A stretch of DNA of 64,000 nt from Magnetococcales bacterium. Lineage in GTDB: Bacteria; Pseudomonadota; Magnetococcia; Magnetococcales; UBA8363. Position numbers and translations under genes: made by a program. Positions 43,943 to 53,330 of the stretch are shown here, one piece after another. The stretch lies in assembly GCA_015228815.1 (NCBI GenBank), contig JADGCV010000010.1:46218-110217 (forward strand), given 5' to 3'. Under the pieces are notes generated by a model, which made no database searches, was not told the origin of the DNA, and saw only the letters and a program-made list of their open reading frames with translations. Every line of letters starts with the position of its first letter. The first letter of the stretch is position 1.

Positions 43943-44067
43943 GCAACCATCTGGTCCGGTCGGCCTGCACCCTGGCGCGGGCAGGTCATGCCGGGGTGTT
44001 TCACTATCCATGGTCGGTGTTCATGGCCGCGATGGATGAGCTGTCAGCCTCTTTGAAGAGAAAATAA

Positions 44068-47000
44068 ATGCCTACGGCTTCTCTTGAATTCGCCCTTTTC
44101 ATGGACACCGCCAACATTGCCCAGGGGATGGGGCGTGCCAGGAAGGAAGTGGCGGCGGGTTTGCGTGGCATGACCCAGGCAGCCAAGGATGAACGCAGGC
44201 GTATCGAAGATGCATTGGCCAACATGACCGCCTTCCGGGAACTCAAAAAAGGGGTTGCCGAGGCCAGGGCCGAATGGGTGAAGACTCACACGGAGGCCAC
44301 CCGGCTTGGGGCGGCATTGAACCAGGTTGGCCCACCCACAAAGGCGATGAACCGGGAGTTTGAAACAGCGAAAAAAGTCGCAGCCGAAGCCCAAGCCACT
44401 TTTGTCCAGCAGAATGTCACCCTCCATTCCCTGCGCACCGCGATGGCCGCTGCCGGGGTGTCTACGACCGGTTTGGCTGCGGCTCAGGCCAGACTTCGTG
44501 CCGAGTTGGTCGCCAATGAGGCCAGGTTTCAGGCACAGTCCCGCTCGATGTCGCGCATCCAGGATGCCAGAAACATCCTCGACCTTGGCTCCAGGGTCAA
44601 CACCGACCGGGATATTCTGCGTCTCCAGGCGGCCTACGAACGGTTGCGTGCCTCCGGGAATCTGACCGGCATCGAGTTGGCACGCGCCCATGTAAAAATG
44701 ACGGAAGGCATCATCGCCTTGCGCAACGGCACGGACGGTTGGGCGGCACGCCTTGCCCTGGTCCGGGAACAACTGGTGCAACTGGCCATTGTCGGTGCGG
44801 GGATTGGCTTGGCGGCCAGGGAGGCCATCGCCTTCGAATCCGCCATGGCCAATGTTCGCAAGGTGGTGGATTTCCAGACCCCCGGCGAATTCAAGGAGTT
44901 GACCGCCGATCTTAAACACCTGTCGCGGGAAATTCCGACCTCCCTGGACGGTCTGGCGAAAATCGCCGAGGCGGGCGGGCAGATGGGGATTGCCACCAGG
45001 GAGATTCGTGGATTTACGGAAATCGTGGCCAAGATGTCCACGGCGTTCAACATTTCCCCCAACGAAGCCGGGGAAGCGGTCGGTCGGCTGATGAACATTT
45101 TCAAGTTGACCGTGCCGGAGACCCAACGTTTGGGCGACGCCCTCAATCATCTGGGAAACAACACCAACGCGGTGGAACGGGACATCCTCAACGTCCTGAA
45201 CCGCACGGGTAGCATGGCCAAGGTGTTTGGACTCGCCAATACGGAGGCCGCTGCCCTTGGAACGGCATTTTTGGCCCTGGGGCGTCCCCCGGAGATTGCC
45301 GCCACGGGCATCAACGCCTTGATGCAGACCCTCCAGACCGCCCCCACCCGTGAGGGGGAGTTCAAGCAGGCGTTGCAGCGTATCGGTTTTTCCGCCGAGC
45401 AGTTGGCCGCCGACCTTGCCAAAGCGCCACAGCAAACCTTGATGCATTTTCTGGAAACATTGAAAAGCCTGGACGCACAGACCCAATCGGAAACTTTGGT
45501 GAGGCTTTTTGGCCGGGAATATGCCGACGACCTTGCCCTCCTGCTGACGGGTCTGGACACCTACAAAAAGACCCTCGATCTGGTGGCCAAAGAGACCCAC
45601 TATGCGGGGTCGATGCAGAAGGAGTTCAACGAACGGGTCAAGACCACCGCCTCCCAGATACAATTGGCAGGCAATGCCTTCTCCGAAGCGGGGGTGAATC
45701 TGGGGTCTGCGTTTTTGCCTGCCATTGTCGCGGCCTCTCAAGGGATGGCCGCGATGGCCCATGGCGTTGCGGTTCTGGCCGACCGTTTTCCCCTTTTATC
45801 CGCATCCGTCGTTGCAACCGTGGCAGCCCTGGCGGGATGGGGTGCATTGCGGTTGGCGTGGAGCGTCATGCGGGCCGGGGTCATGGCGTTGACTGTCGAA
45901 CTGGGTTCGCTTGCCGTGGCGGCTCGTGCGTTGGTGCTTTCGCCAGTAGGAGCCGTGTTGACCGCTGCGGGTGTCGCGGCCTATGCGTTGGCCAAAGCCA
46001 CCGCCTCCAGCGTCCTGCCGTTGCTGGAAAACGCCGCTGCCCTGGGCAAAAGTCGGGAGGCGACGGCGGAAAAAATCAAAGTTCTGGAGACGTTGAAAAA
46101 AACTCTGGAGACCACCAAGGAAGGGACCCGGGAACACCTCGCTGCGGAAGAAAAACTGGCGGCCATTCTGCCAAAAGCCAATCTTTCTCTGGACGAGCAG
46201 GGACGAATTCTGGCCAGGACAGGAACGGCTGCCAGCGTCAACACCGAAAAACTCAAAGAATATCTCGACATGCTCAAACGAGAGGATCGCCAAACCCTGG
46301 CGTTGCAACTGGAGACGCAATCGCGGGCCTTGAGTGTCGGAAAAAAGGAACTGGCCTCCTATACCGAAGGCTTGCGCCATTGGTATGGCATCGGTGTTGG
46401 CAAGGCACAAACCGAATCGCAAAAATTTTGGCTGTGGTTGAACAAACTGACCGGCACCTACGAGCAGAATATCACCAAGGGTGCGGAACTGCGCCGCCAA
46501 TTCGATGAATCAGGGACCGGGTTGAACTCTTTGTTGACCGAGGCGAAAAAGGCGGGGATGTCCATGGAGGATCTGGGTCGGGCCATGGATGGCATCCATG
46601 CCGATGCCGCGACCAAAGGACAGGTCCTGGCCCTTTTCCGGGACATGACGGGTGCAGCGACCGCCGCCGCCGGAAAGGTGGGCACACTTGCCGACACCTT
46701 CAAACAATTCTCCATCGCCCTTTCCGGACCAACCGCCGCCGCCAGGAAAGGATTCGTGGAGGCCATGGGTGCCGCCGAGCTCCAACTGGGCAAATACAAT
46801 GAAGCCCTGGGGCAGCGCCGGGCAAAACTGAAGGATGCGGTGGACAACGAAACCAACTCGTACAAAGCCATGGCATCCGCCGCCGCAGTCGCCTTCGAAA
46901 CGGTCACCCAGGTCCTGGACGAGCAATTCGACCATCGCCGTGACCGGTTGCAAGCCATGGCGGGCGAGGAAGCACAGGCGCATCAGGTCTCCCAACGGGC

Positions 47001-48615
47001 CATGCTGCATGCCACCACCGCCCTGGCCATCGAGGAAACCCACGCCAAACTGACCCAGGCCGACCGGTCCATGCGGCAGTCCCTGGAATTATCGAAAAAA
47101 GAGTTTCAAACCAAGATCGACCATGCCAGGCGGCTGGGACTGGATGCCGCCAGGGTGGATGAGGAACGTTTGCAATCCCAGCGTGGCATCCTGGAAAAAA
47201 CGGCGGTCGCCTATCGCCAAAACATCGACCGGATGATCCAGGAGGAAAGACGGTTGCGGGATGAAGCCAGGAGTCTCGCCGAGCAGCGCAAGGAGTTCAA
47301 CGCATCGGTGGCGGATCGCGTGGCCAACGTCCAGGAAAAGGGGATGGACCCCGTGCAGGTCGATGTCTCCCGGCAAAAACGTCTTGCCGTGGAGCAATCC
47401 CAGGCCGAGGCTGCGTTGCAGGCGGGGAATTTTGCAACCGCGCGCAAACATGCCGAGAAGATGATCGCCCTGGCCGAATCGACCTCCGATGCGGTGCGCC
47501 GGGGTGACCAGGTGGTGATGGACGCCAAGACGGCAACAGCCCGTGCCATTCAACAGGTTCAGGCCGCGGCACAAATCGAAAACCAGGCATTTCTCGCGGA
47601 AGAAAAGGCAAACGTGGAAGCTGCCGATGCCCTGCAAACATCGGCGGCGGCATCAACCGACACGTTGACCCGATTGCGGAATGTTTTGCAAGAGGTCGAT
47701 GCCGCTCTTGCCAAGGACCATACCCTCATCCTTGGAGCCGACACGAAAAAAATAGCGCAAATCGGCCCGGAAATCGATGCGATCCTGGAGAAGATCAATC
47801 CGGTGGTGCAAATCAAGGCCGAACTTCAAAGCAGTGCAACGGCGTTGGAAACCGTCATCGAGGATGTGCGCCAAGGGGCCACCGACCGGGCCAAAGCGAA
47901 GATCGATCACGCCGCCAACATTTTTGCATCATTCAAGACAGAATTTGCCGGTTGGCAGCCGGAGGTCAAGGCGACCTTCGATGCGGTTGCCGCACACAAC
48001 GCCATCGATGGCCTGGTGGCCAAGATCAAGGAGATTGACAACCAGGGAGCCAAGGTGACGTTCGAAGCGGAAACCAGTGCTGCCATGGGCAAGATCGATC
48101 ATTTGATTGCCCGGATCACGGACATTCCGTCCGAGAAAACAGTCACCATCAACTATATCGAACGCAAGAATGTTGCCCCGAACCAGGGGGTTGCGACGGG
48201 GTTTGCCCGTGGCGGCTTCCTGCCGGGTTGGGGCGACGAAGACAACGTCCCCGCCTGGTTGCAGCCAGGCGAATTCGTGTTGAACAAGCAGGCCGTGCGC
48301 AAATACGGGCTGGAAAAAATTCACGCCCTGAACCAAATGCGGCTGCCACAGTTCGCGCACGGAGGTTTGGTGCGGCAACTGCGATCCAAGATGCCACGGT
48401 TTGAAATGGGTGGCGTGGTGCGCAATCTGGTGATTCCGACCCTGCCACGGATGTCATTCGCGGGTGGCGGGGCGGTCACACCTCCGGTTGAAGGGGTGGT
48501 GCGACTTGAATTGATCACGAACAGCCACCGGGTTCCCCCATCCCTCACCGGCAGCCGGGCACAAGTTCGTGAGTGGGTTCAGGCATTGCAGGAGTCGCAG
48601 CGGGGGATGGCGTAA
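44068..48615 (+). CDS. tail tape measure protein
   Basis: 1515 aa, Ala/Leu/Glu-rich coiled-coil character. Core 'GLAKIAEAGGQMGIATREIRGFTEIVAKMSTAFNISPNEAGEAVGRLMNIF' is typical of TMPs. Position after G/GT. Confidence 0.9.
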   Translation: MPTASLEFALFMDTANIAQGMGRARKEVAAGLRGMTQAAKDERRRIEDALANMTAFRELKKGVAEARAEWVKTHTEATRLGAALNQVGPPTKAMNREFETAKKVAAEAQATFVQQNVTLHSLRTAMAAAGVSTTGLAAAQARLRAELVANEARFQAQSRSMSRIQDARNILDLGSRVNTDRDILRLQAAYERLRASGNLTGIELARAHVKMTEGIIALRNGTDGWAARLALVREQLVQLAIVGAGIGLAAREAIAFESAMANVRKVVDFQTPGEFKELTADLKHLSREIPTSLDGLAKIAEAGGQMGIATREIRGFTEIVAKMSTAFNISPNEAGEAVGRLMNIFKLTVPETQRLGDALNHLGNNTNAVERDILNVLNRTGSMAKVFGLANTEAAALGTAFLALGRPPEIAATGINALMQTLQTAPTREGEFKQALQRIGFSAEQLAADLAKAPQQTLMHFLETLKSLDAQTQSETLVRLFGREYADDLALLLTGLDTYKKTLDLVAKETHYAGSMQKEFNERVKTTASQIQLAGNAFSEAGVNLGSAFLPAIVAASQGMAAMAHGVAVLADRFPLLSASVVATVAALAGWGALRLAWSVMRAGVMALTVELGSLAVAARALVLSPVGAVLTAAGVAAYALAKATASSVLPLLENAAALGKSREATAEKIKVLETLKKTLETTKEGTREHLAAEEKLAAILPKANLSLDEQGRILARTGTAASVNTEKLKEYLDMLKREDRQTLALQLETQSRALSVGKKELASYTEGLRHWYGIGVGKAQTESQKFWLWLNKLTGTYEQNITKGAELRRQFDESGTGLNSLLTEAKKAGMSMEDLGRAMDGIHADAATKGQVLALFRDMTGAATAAAGKVGTLADTFKQFSIALSGPTAAARKGFVEAMGAAELQLGKYNEALGQRRAKLKDAVDNETNSYKAMASAAAVAFETVTQVLDEQFDHRRDRLQAMAGEEAQAHQVSQRAMLHATTALAIEETHAKLTQADRSMRQSLELSKKEFQTKIDHARRLGLDAARVDEERLQSQRGILEKTAVAYRQNIDRMIQEERRLRDEARSLAEQRKEFNASVADRVANVQEKGMDPVQVDVSRQKRLAVEQSQAEAALQAGNFATARKHAEKMIALAESTSDAVRRGDQVVMDAKTATARAIQQVQAAAQIENQAFLAEEKANVEAADALQTSAAASTDTLTRLRNVLQEVDAALAKDHTLILGADTKKIAQIGPEIDAILEKINPVVQIKAELQSSATALETVIEDVRQGATDRAKAKIDHAANIFASFKTEFAGWQPEVKATFDAVAAHNAIDGLVAKIKEIDNQGAKVTFEAETSAAMGKIDHLIARITDIPSEKTVTINYIERKNVAPNQGVATGFARGGFLPGWGDEDNVPAWLQPGEFVLNKQAVRKYGLEKIHALNQMRLPQFAHGGLVRQLRSKMPRFEMGGVVRNLVIPTLPRMSFAGGGAVTPPVEGVVRLELITNSHRVPPSLTGSRAQVREWVQALQESQRGMA

Positions 48616-48626
48616 AACCCGGTTCT

Positions 48627-48827
48627 TTACACCGGAGAAATTGCAATACCTTCGGTGATGAAAGCCTCTGTGGCAGGAATGCTCTGTTCCCTGTTGGTTT
48701 GACGCCCCCGTCGAATCAGCCTGTTGCCGATATATTCATCAGCCTCCTCAAAGAATGTATCGGTCAGTTCTGGAGCATCGTCAGGATCAACCCACTCTGC
48801 TTCCATATTTGATTTGTTCTCGTTCAT
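48627..48827 (-). CDS. brnA: BrnA-like antitoxin
   Basis: Small acidic ORF overlapping the 3' end of the BrnT-like gene ('EAEWVDPDDAPELTDTFFEEA'). Confidence 0.65.
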   Translation of the reverse strand: MNENKSNMEAEWVDPDDAPELTDTFFEEADEYIGNRLIRRGRQTNREQSIPATEAFITEGIAISPV

Positions 48828-49068
48828 TGGCTTTCCTCAAGGAAATGATGCGGAGCGTATCTTCTCTCCGAGTCCAGACCATTACGATCATACGGTTATC
48901 AAGTTTACCAAAGGTAACAAACCGCTGTTCACCGTAATCTCTACGTTGGTCAGCCCATGTAAAATGGTGTCGAGCAAACACTTCACCTGCACGAGCAAAA
49001 TCAAGATTTCTCACAAGAAGGGTCTTGTCGCGCTTTACAGGGTCATAAGTGATCTTCATATCGTCCAT
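48787..49068 (-). CDS. brnT: BrnT-like (DUF497) ribonuclease toxin
   Basis: 'ITYDPVKRDKTLLVRNLDFARAGEVF...GEQRFVTFGKLDNRMIVMVWTRREDTLRIISLRKANEREQIKY' follows the DUF497 pattern. Confidence 0.8.
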   Translation of the reverse strand: MDDMKITYDPVKRDKTLLVRNLDFARAGEVFARHHFTWADQRRDYGEQRFVTFGKLDNRMIVMVWTRREDTLRIISLRKANEREQIKYGSRVG

Positions 49069-49098
49069 TGTAGTGACGTGTTCAATAAGGAATCAACC

Positions 49099-49464
49099 AT
49101 GAAACGCCTCGGAGATCTTTTTCTTCCCGACTCCATCCAATGGAAAAATCAATACGATTGGGCACCTGTGGCCCAGGAGACGGGACGGACCCTGGGTGGC
49201 AGCCAGGTGGTGTGGAACGTCTCCCTGGTCGGTGGTCGTCCGATTGATTTGGAGGCCAGCGGCGATGTGACCTGGCTCACTCGTGTCCAGGTGGAGGCGA
49301 TCCATGCCATGGCTGTGCAGCCGGGCGGCATTTTTGATCTGATCCTGGATGACGATTTGTTCCAGGTGATGTTTCGGCACCAGGATCCACCGGCAAGTTC
49401 CTTCCAACCGATTTATCCATACGCCCCATTTTTCAATGGTCTCATCAAACTGATGCAGGTGTGA
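49099..49464 (+). CDS. distal tail protein candidate (hypothetical)
   Basis: First ORF after the TMP and the TA pair. Position only. Confidence 0.45.
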   Translation: MKRLGDLFLPDSIQWKNQYDWAPVAQETGRTLGGSQVVWNVSLVGGRPIDLEASGDVTWLTRVQVEAIHAMAVQPGGIFDLILDDDLFQVMFRHQDPPASSFQPIYPYAPFFNGLIKLMQV

Positions 49465-49465
49465 C

Positions 49466-50506
49466 ATGCCCATCGAGAACCAACAGATAAAATTCATGAA
49501 GTCCCAGACCGTCAGCGATGCAGCGGGCAACGGTGGACGGATGTCCGATCTGGAGGCCGCCAACGGCGTCAAAAACAACGTCTGGCCCGACGTGCCCGCC
49601 AGCGAGCGGCAAAATGGCTCCACCAAATTCCGCAAAATATTCATCAAGGTCGCGAGTCCCGACAACCTCATGCTCAAGGAGACCCGGGTGTTCATCCAGA
49701 CACCGACCCCCGCCGGGGACAGGGTGGTGTTCTTTGCGGGCACGCAACGGGATGTACAATCGGAGGTGTCCGGCATTGCGCAAATTCAATATGGCAGCGG
49801 GTCGTTGAACGCCGAGGTCTCAGCCGGGGCCTCTGTCATCACCGTGAATGTGGAAGACCCGGCGGATGCCATCTTCAGCCCTGGCCAGATGATCCGCATC
49901 TCCAACAAGACCTCGGTCGAAGATCTTGAAGGAATGGAGGAGTTCGTTTCCATCGACGCCGTCACCTGGAACGGAAACCTTGCCACCCTGACCCTGGCGG
50001 CTGGGACGACTCTGACCAATGCCTATCTGGCTGCCGATACCACCAGGGTGGCCTCGGTGTTTGAATACGGGGAGGTTTGGGCGAAGACCAGCAATTACGC
50101 CCTTTCGACAACCTCCGGAACCTTTGGTGGCTGGAATGGTTCTGGCAGTCCACCGGTTACACTGACCGAGGCCAGGATCGCGGATCACATCGCAGGCATC
50201 GAGCAGACCTGGACGCTCACGATTGGATATTACGGTCAAGATTTCCAATGCGTGGGTGATACGGTTGGACCTTTGGGACAGGGCCAGATGGCGGAACCCT
50301 TTGCGCCCAACAATCCCGCCCACTCCAGGCCCTATTTTACCCTTCCCCCGTCGTTTTGGGGTGGATCGTGGCAGAACGGTGAGGTGGTGTCATTCACCAC
50401 CCACCCCGCAGCCATCCCCATCTGGGAAAAACGGATCATTCCGCCCGGCACCGATTCATTGGCCGGTGACCGGGTGGTGATCGGCGTTGCTGGAGAGAGC
50501 GAGTGA
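49466..50506 (+). CDS. hypothetical tail/baseplate protein
   Basis: 346-aa ORF, tightly packed in the gene string. Confidence 0.5.
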   Translation: MPIENQQIKFMKSQTVSDAAGNGGRMSDLEAANGVKNNVWPDVPASERQNGSTKFRKIFIKVASPDNLMLKETRVFIQTPTPAGDRVVFFAGTQRDVQSEVSGIAQIQYGSGSLNAEVSAGASVITVNVEDPADAIFSPGQMIRISNKTSVEDLEGMEEFVSIDAVTWNGNLATLTLAAGTTLTNAYLAADTTRVASVFEYGEVWAKTSNYALSTTSGTFGGWNGSGSPPVTLTEARIADHIAGIEQTWTLTIGYYGQDFQCVGDTVGPLGQGQMAEPFAPNNPAHSRPYFTLPPSFWGGSWQNGEVVSFTTHPAAIPIWEKRIIPPGTDSLAGDRVVIGVAGESE

Positions 50507-51459
50507 TGGGTGAAGTCTCGGCAAACCTGCACCTCGACGTTCATTCCCCGTCGTCCGACCAGGATTCCCTCTCCTTTGCCCAGGATCCCGTTTTTGAACT
50601 GGTCGTGGATGGCACCGATCAGGAGGGCAACAAACCGGTCACGATCGAACACAAGTGCAATGCGGTTGTCAGCATGTCCGTTTGGCTGCAATACACCTGG
50701 AACCGCCCCCCCAACGGATTCGAAGCGTTGAAAATGCTGACCCCAGGGCAAAAGCGGGTCAAGGTATTCTGCCCCAAGGCCATGGACAAGGCGGTCAAAA
50801 TCTACGTGGACAACTCCAGGGAAAGTGTGCGGAGCATGGGCCGTCGCAATGATCCGGTGACGGAAACGCTGACCTGGAGTGGCGAGGTGTGGAAGCCGCT
50901 GCGGTACCCTTATGACAATCCGGAGGCGACGATCATCGAAAGAACCGTGTTCCGGGATCGGAAGGGCAATCGGGTCGCCGAGCCAAAATATGACCGGAGA
51001 AGATGCGGTTACGCCACAGCAATGGAAGCCATCGGTGCGCTCGTCGTGCAGTATGCGCCGGGGTATTCCCTGTTTCAGATCGAGTACGATACCGGAAAAC
51101 AGGTTGCCTCCAGGGAATTGTTTGAAGAGATGAAAAAATGTTGGATCAGCGGCGACATCGGCAAGGCTTCTGTGCCACCCGTGCGTCTGGTGGCCATCTC
51201 CGACCGGGCAGCGGTCAGCGCACAGTTCGAACGGTCGTTCTGGCCCAAGGGATTTCCCAAAGTACGGATCATCTTCCCCGAGGAGGTCAGGAGCAAGAAT
51301 ATGTTCATCGAAAATCAAGGCACCCGGGAGACGGTCACTGAAATGATACCGTTGAACGCGGACGATCCTGAAACATTGTATGGGGTAAAAAAGACGACCT
51401 CTATCGAGGGAGAAAACGAGGATGGAGAAAAATTTTATTTCAGGTTTTTGAACCCATGA
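50506..51459 (+). CDS. hypothetical tail/baseplate protein
   Basis: ATG 50506 overlaps the upstream stop (TGATG) and follows GGAGAG. Confidence 0.5.
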   Translation: MGEVSANLHLDVHSPSSDQDSLSFAQDPVFELVVDGTDQEGNKPVTIEHKCNAVVSMSVWLQYTWNRPPNGFEALKMLTPGQKRVKVFCPKAMDKAVKIYVDNSRESVRSMGRRNDPVTETLTWSGEVWKPLRYPYDNPEATIIERTVFRDRKGNRVAEPKYDRRRCGYATAMEAIGALVVQYAPGYSLFQIEYDTGKQVASRELFEEMKKCWISGDIGKASVPPVRLVAISDRAAVSAQFERSFWPKGFPKVRIIFPEEVRSKNMFIENQGTRETVTEMIPLNADDPETLYGVKKTTSIEGENEDGEKFYFRFLNP

Positions 51460-52046
51460 CCCTCATCGTGGATCTTGGCCCTTTCCAAGAAATCGTGCTG
51501 GTTCAGTTCAACAAATTTTGTTACGGACGGGCCATGATCGGTACGAGAGTCACTCAGCCCCAGGGGTCGTGGCCCGGATCGTACATGGAATACGGTTATT
51601 TTGTTGCGGACAAGGGATTCCCCGATCCCTGGCTTCAGTGGCTGGCCCAAAAGATCGCCGAACACATCCCTGATCAGTCACATCCCCGGTTCACGTGGCT
51701 ACTGCAAGCAGATGCCTTTGATGAGACAACAGGCCAATGGGTTCCATTCAAGCGCGGGCTTGTCGATTTCAAGGTGAACTTTTGGCAACACAGTCCGCCG
51801 CCGTATTCGGCGCAGGTGACCGTGGATCGGATCTGGCCGGAAGGAACCCTGGAAACTGTGTCAGTGGATTCTATGACCCTGCCCTGGGCAGGGGTTCATA
51901 TGTTTCACCCGGAGTACCACCTCACCCCGCAAAATCCACCGCCGCCTCCCTCCGATCCACCGGCAACCTGGCCTTATCACCCCAGCAACAGAACGTATTT
52001 CAAGGAACAAAGAATCCGGGTTTATCCGCCACCCTTGCCAGCATGA
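51456..52046 (+). CDS. hypothetical tail protein
   Basis: ATGA overlap with the upstream gene. Confidence 0.5.
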   Translation: MTLIVDLGPFQEIVLVQFNKFCYGRAMIGTRVTQPQGSWPGSYMEYGYFVADKGFPDPWLQWLAQKIAEHIPDQSHPRFTWLLQADAFDETTGQWVPFKRGLVDFKVNFWQHSPPPYSAQVTVDRIWPEGTLETVSVDSMTLPWAGVHMFHPEYHLTPQNPPPPPSDPPATWPYHPSNRTYFKEQRIRVYPPPLPA

Positions 52047-52061
52047 GTTGGAGTTGTGATC

Positions 52062-52709
52062 ATGGCCATCAATCAATATCTGGATCGGGTGAAACAACCC
52101 GCCATCGTCAGCGGGACAGGGGGCTATGTGTTTTCGAATGCATCCACCCTGATGGGTTACAGGACGTTTCAGGACGTGGTCGGTGGGGTGTATGGCGTCC
52201 CTTATTGTGCGGAACATGGCGCGAATTGGGAGGTCGGGGAAGGGACTTTTGATTGGGGTGCCAATACGTTGAACCGAACTTTGGTGATCTGCACCAACCA
52301 GAGCGGGGATGGCGTTTTGCTGCCTTGGGGGACCGATGAGGTGGTCACGGTATCCCTGGTGCATCATGCCAGGTCGATCCAGAATGCAACCAACGCCGGA
52401 ATCATCATTCCGAAATACGGCCCCTTGTCCGTTGCCAACGGGACGTTCAGGTTTTATCCGCCGCAGGAGATGTTTCTCCGACACCTGGATGCCTGGGTCG
52501 GGACTCCTGCGGCAGGGCAGGACATCAAGTTTACCGTCAAGAAAGGGACCTACAGCCTGGCCACGGGGATCATTGCTGCCGGGGCGTACAAGATGACCTC
52601 CCAGACGCTTCCGGTGTTCAGCATCAATCCCAATGTATGGCTTGCGATCAACATCACCCAGGTTGGAACCACCACAGCCGGTACGGATCTTTGCGTGCGA
52701 TTCATGTGA
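52062..52709 (+). CDS. hypothetical tail protein
   Basis: ATG 52062 lies 8 nt after GGAG. The track start is GTG 52056. Confidence 0.5.
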   Translation: MAINQYLDRVKQPAIVSGTGGYVFSNASTLMGYRTFQDVVGGVYGVPYCAEHGANWEVGEGTFDWGANTLNRTLVICTNQSGDGVLLPWGTDEVVTVSLVHHARSIQNATNAGIIIPKYGPLSVANGTFRFYPPQEMFLRHLDAWVGTPAAGQDIKFTVKKGTYSLATGIIAAGAYKMTSQTLPVFSINPNVWLAINITQVGTTTAGTDLCVRFM

Positions 52710-52712
52710 ATC

Positions 52713-53330
52713 ATGGCCATTTCATCCTCCTCCATTGCCGAAGTGGCCATCGCAACGGAAAGACCACCCGTCATGGCCGTTGCCGTGCAGGCATGGAGCG
52801 AGCAGCGGTATGGCAACCTGACAACGGGGACGCAAAACGCGCAGAGCTATGGCATGTTTGCCATCACCGCCGCCAGCGAACAGCGGTATGGCAACCTGAT
52901 GGCAGGGACGCAAAACGCGCAGAGCTATGGCATGTTTGCCATCACCGCCGCCAGCGAGCAGCGATACGACCACTGTTTTCTGCCGCGCATCGCCCACCTG
53001 CAACGGTACGGTGGCTTGATGTCCGAGGCCCAAGGGGCGTTCCCGTATGGCAACGGTCCGGTCCAGGGACAACACGACCAACCGATCACATTTACCCTGG
53101 ACATTGCTTTTTCACAGGGATGGACCCTTATGGCGGTCATGCGGGCACAATGTGCGCAGCCATGGACTTCCACCACGTCGGTCATGATGCAGGGTACCTT
53201 TCGGTATGACCTGTTGGCGCGCAATCCCGTCTTGGCCTCATCGAGGCAAATATGGAATCTGTCCGATGACCGGTCGGTCCGGCGTGCAGGCAACGTCATT
53301 CGTGCCTTTCATTTCGGAGAATTGATATGA
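52713..53330 (+). CDS. hypothetical tail protein with internal 26-aa tandem repeat
   Basis: 'EQRYGNL(T/M)(T/A)GTQNAQSYGMFAITAAS' occurs twice, followed by a partial third copy. Confidence 0.5.
   Translation: MAISSSSIAEVAIATERPPVMAVAVQAWSEQRYGNLTTGTQNAQSYGMFAITAASEQRYGNLMAGTQNAQSYGMFAITAASEQRYDHCFLPRIAHLQRYGGLMSEAQGAFPYGNGPVQGQHDQPITFTLDIAFSQGWTLMAVMRAQCAQPWTSTTSVMMQGTFRYDLLARNPVLASSRQIWNLSDDRSVRRAGNVIRAFHFGELI
52800..52967 (+). repeat. 78-bp in-frame tandem repeat, about 2.15 copies
   Basis: Units at 52800-52877 and 52878-52955, with a partial unit from 52956. A few substitutions between units. Confidence 0.85.
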
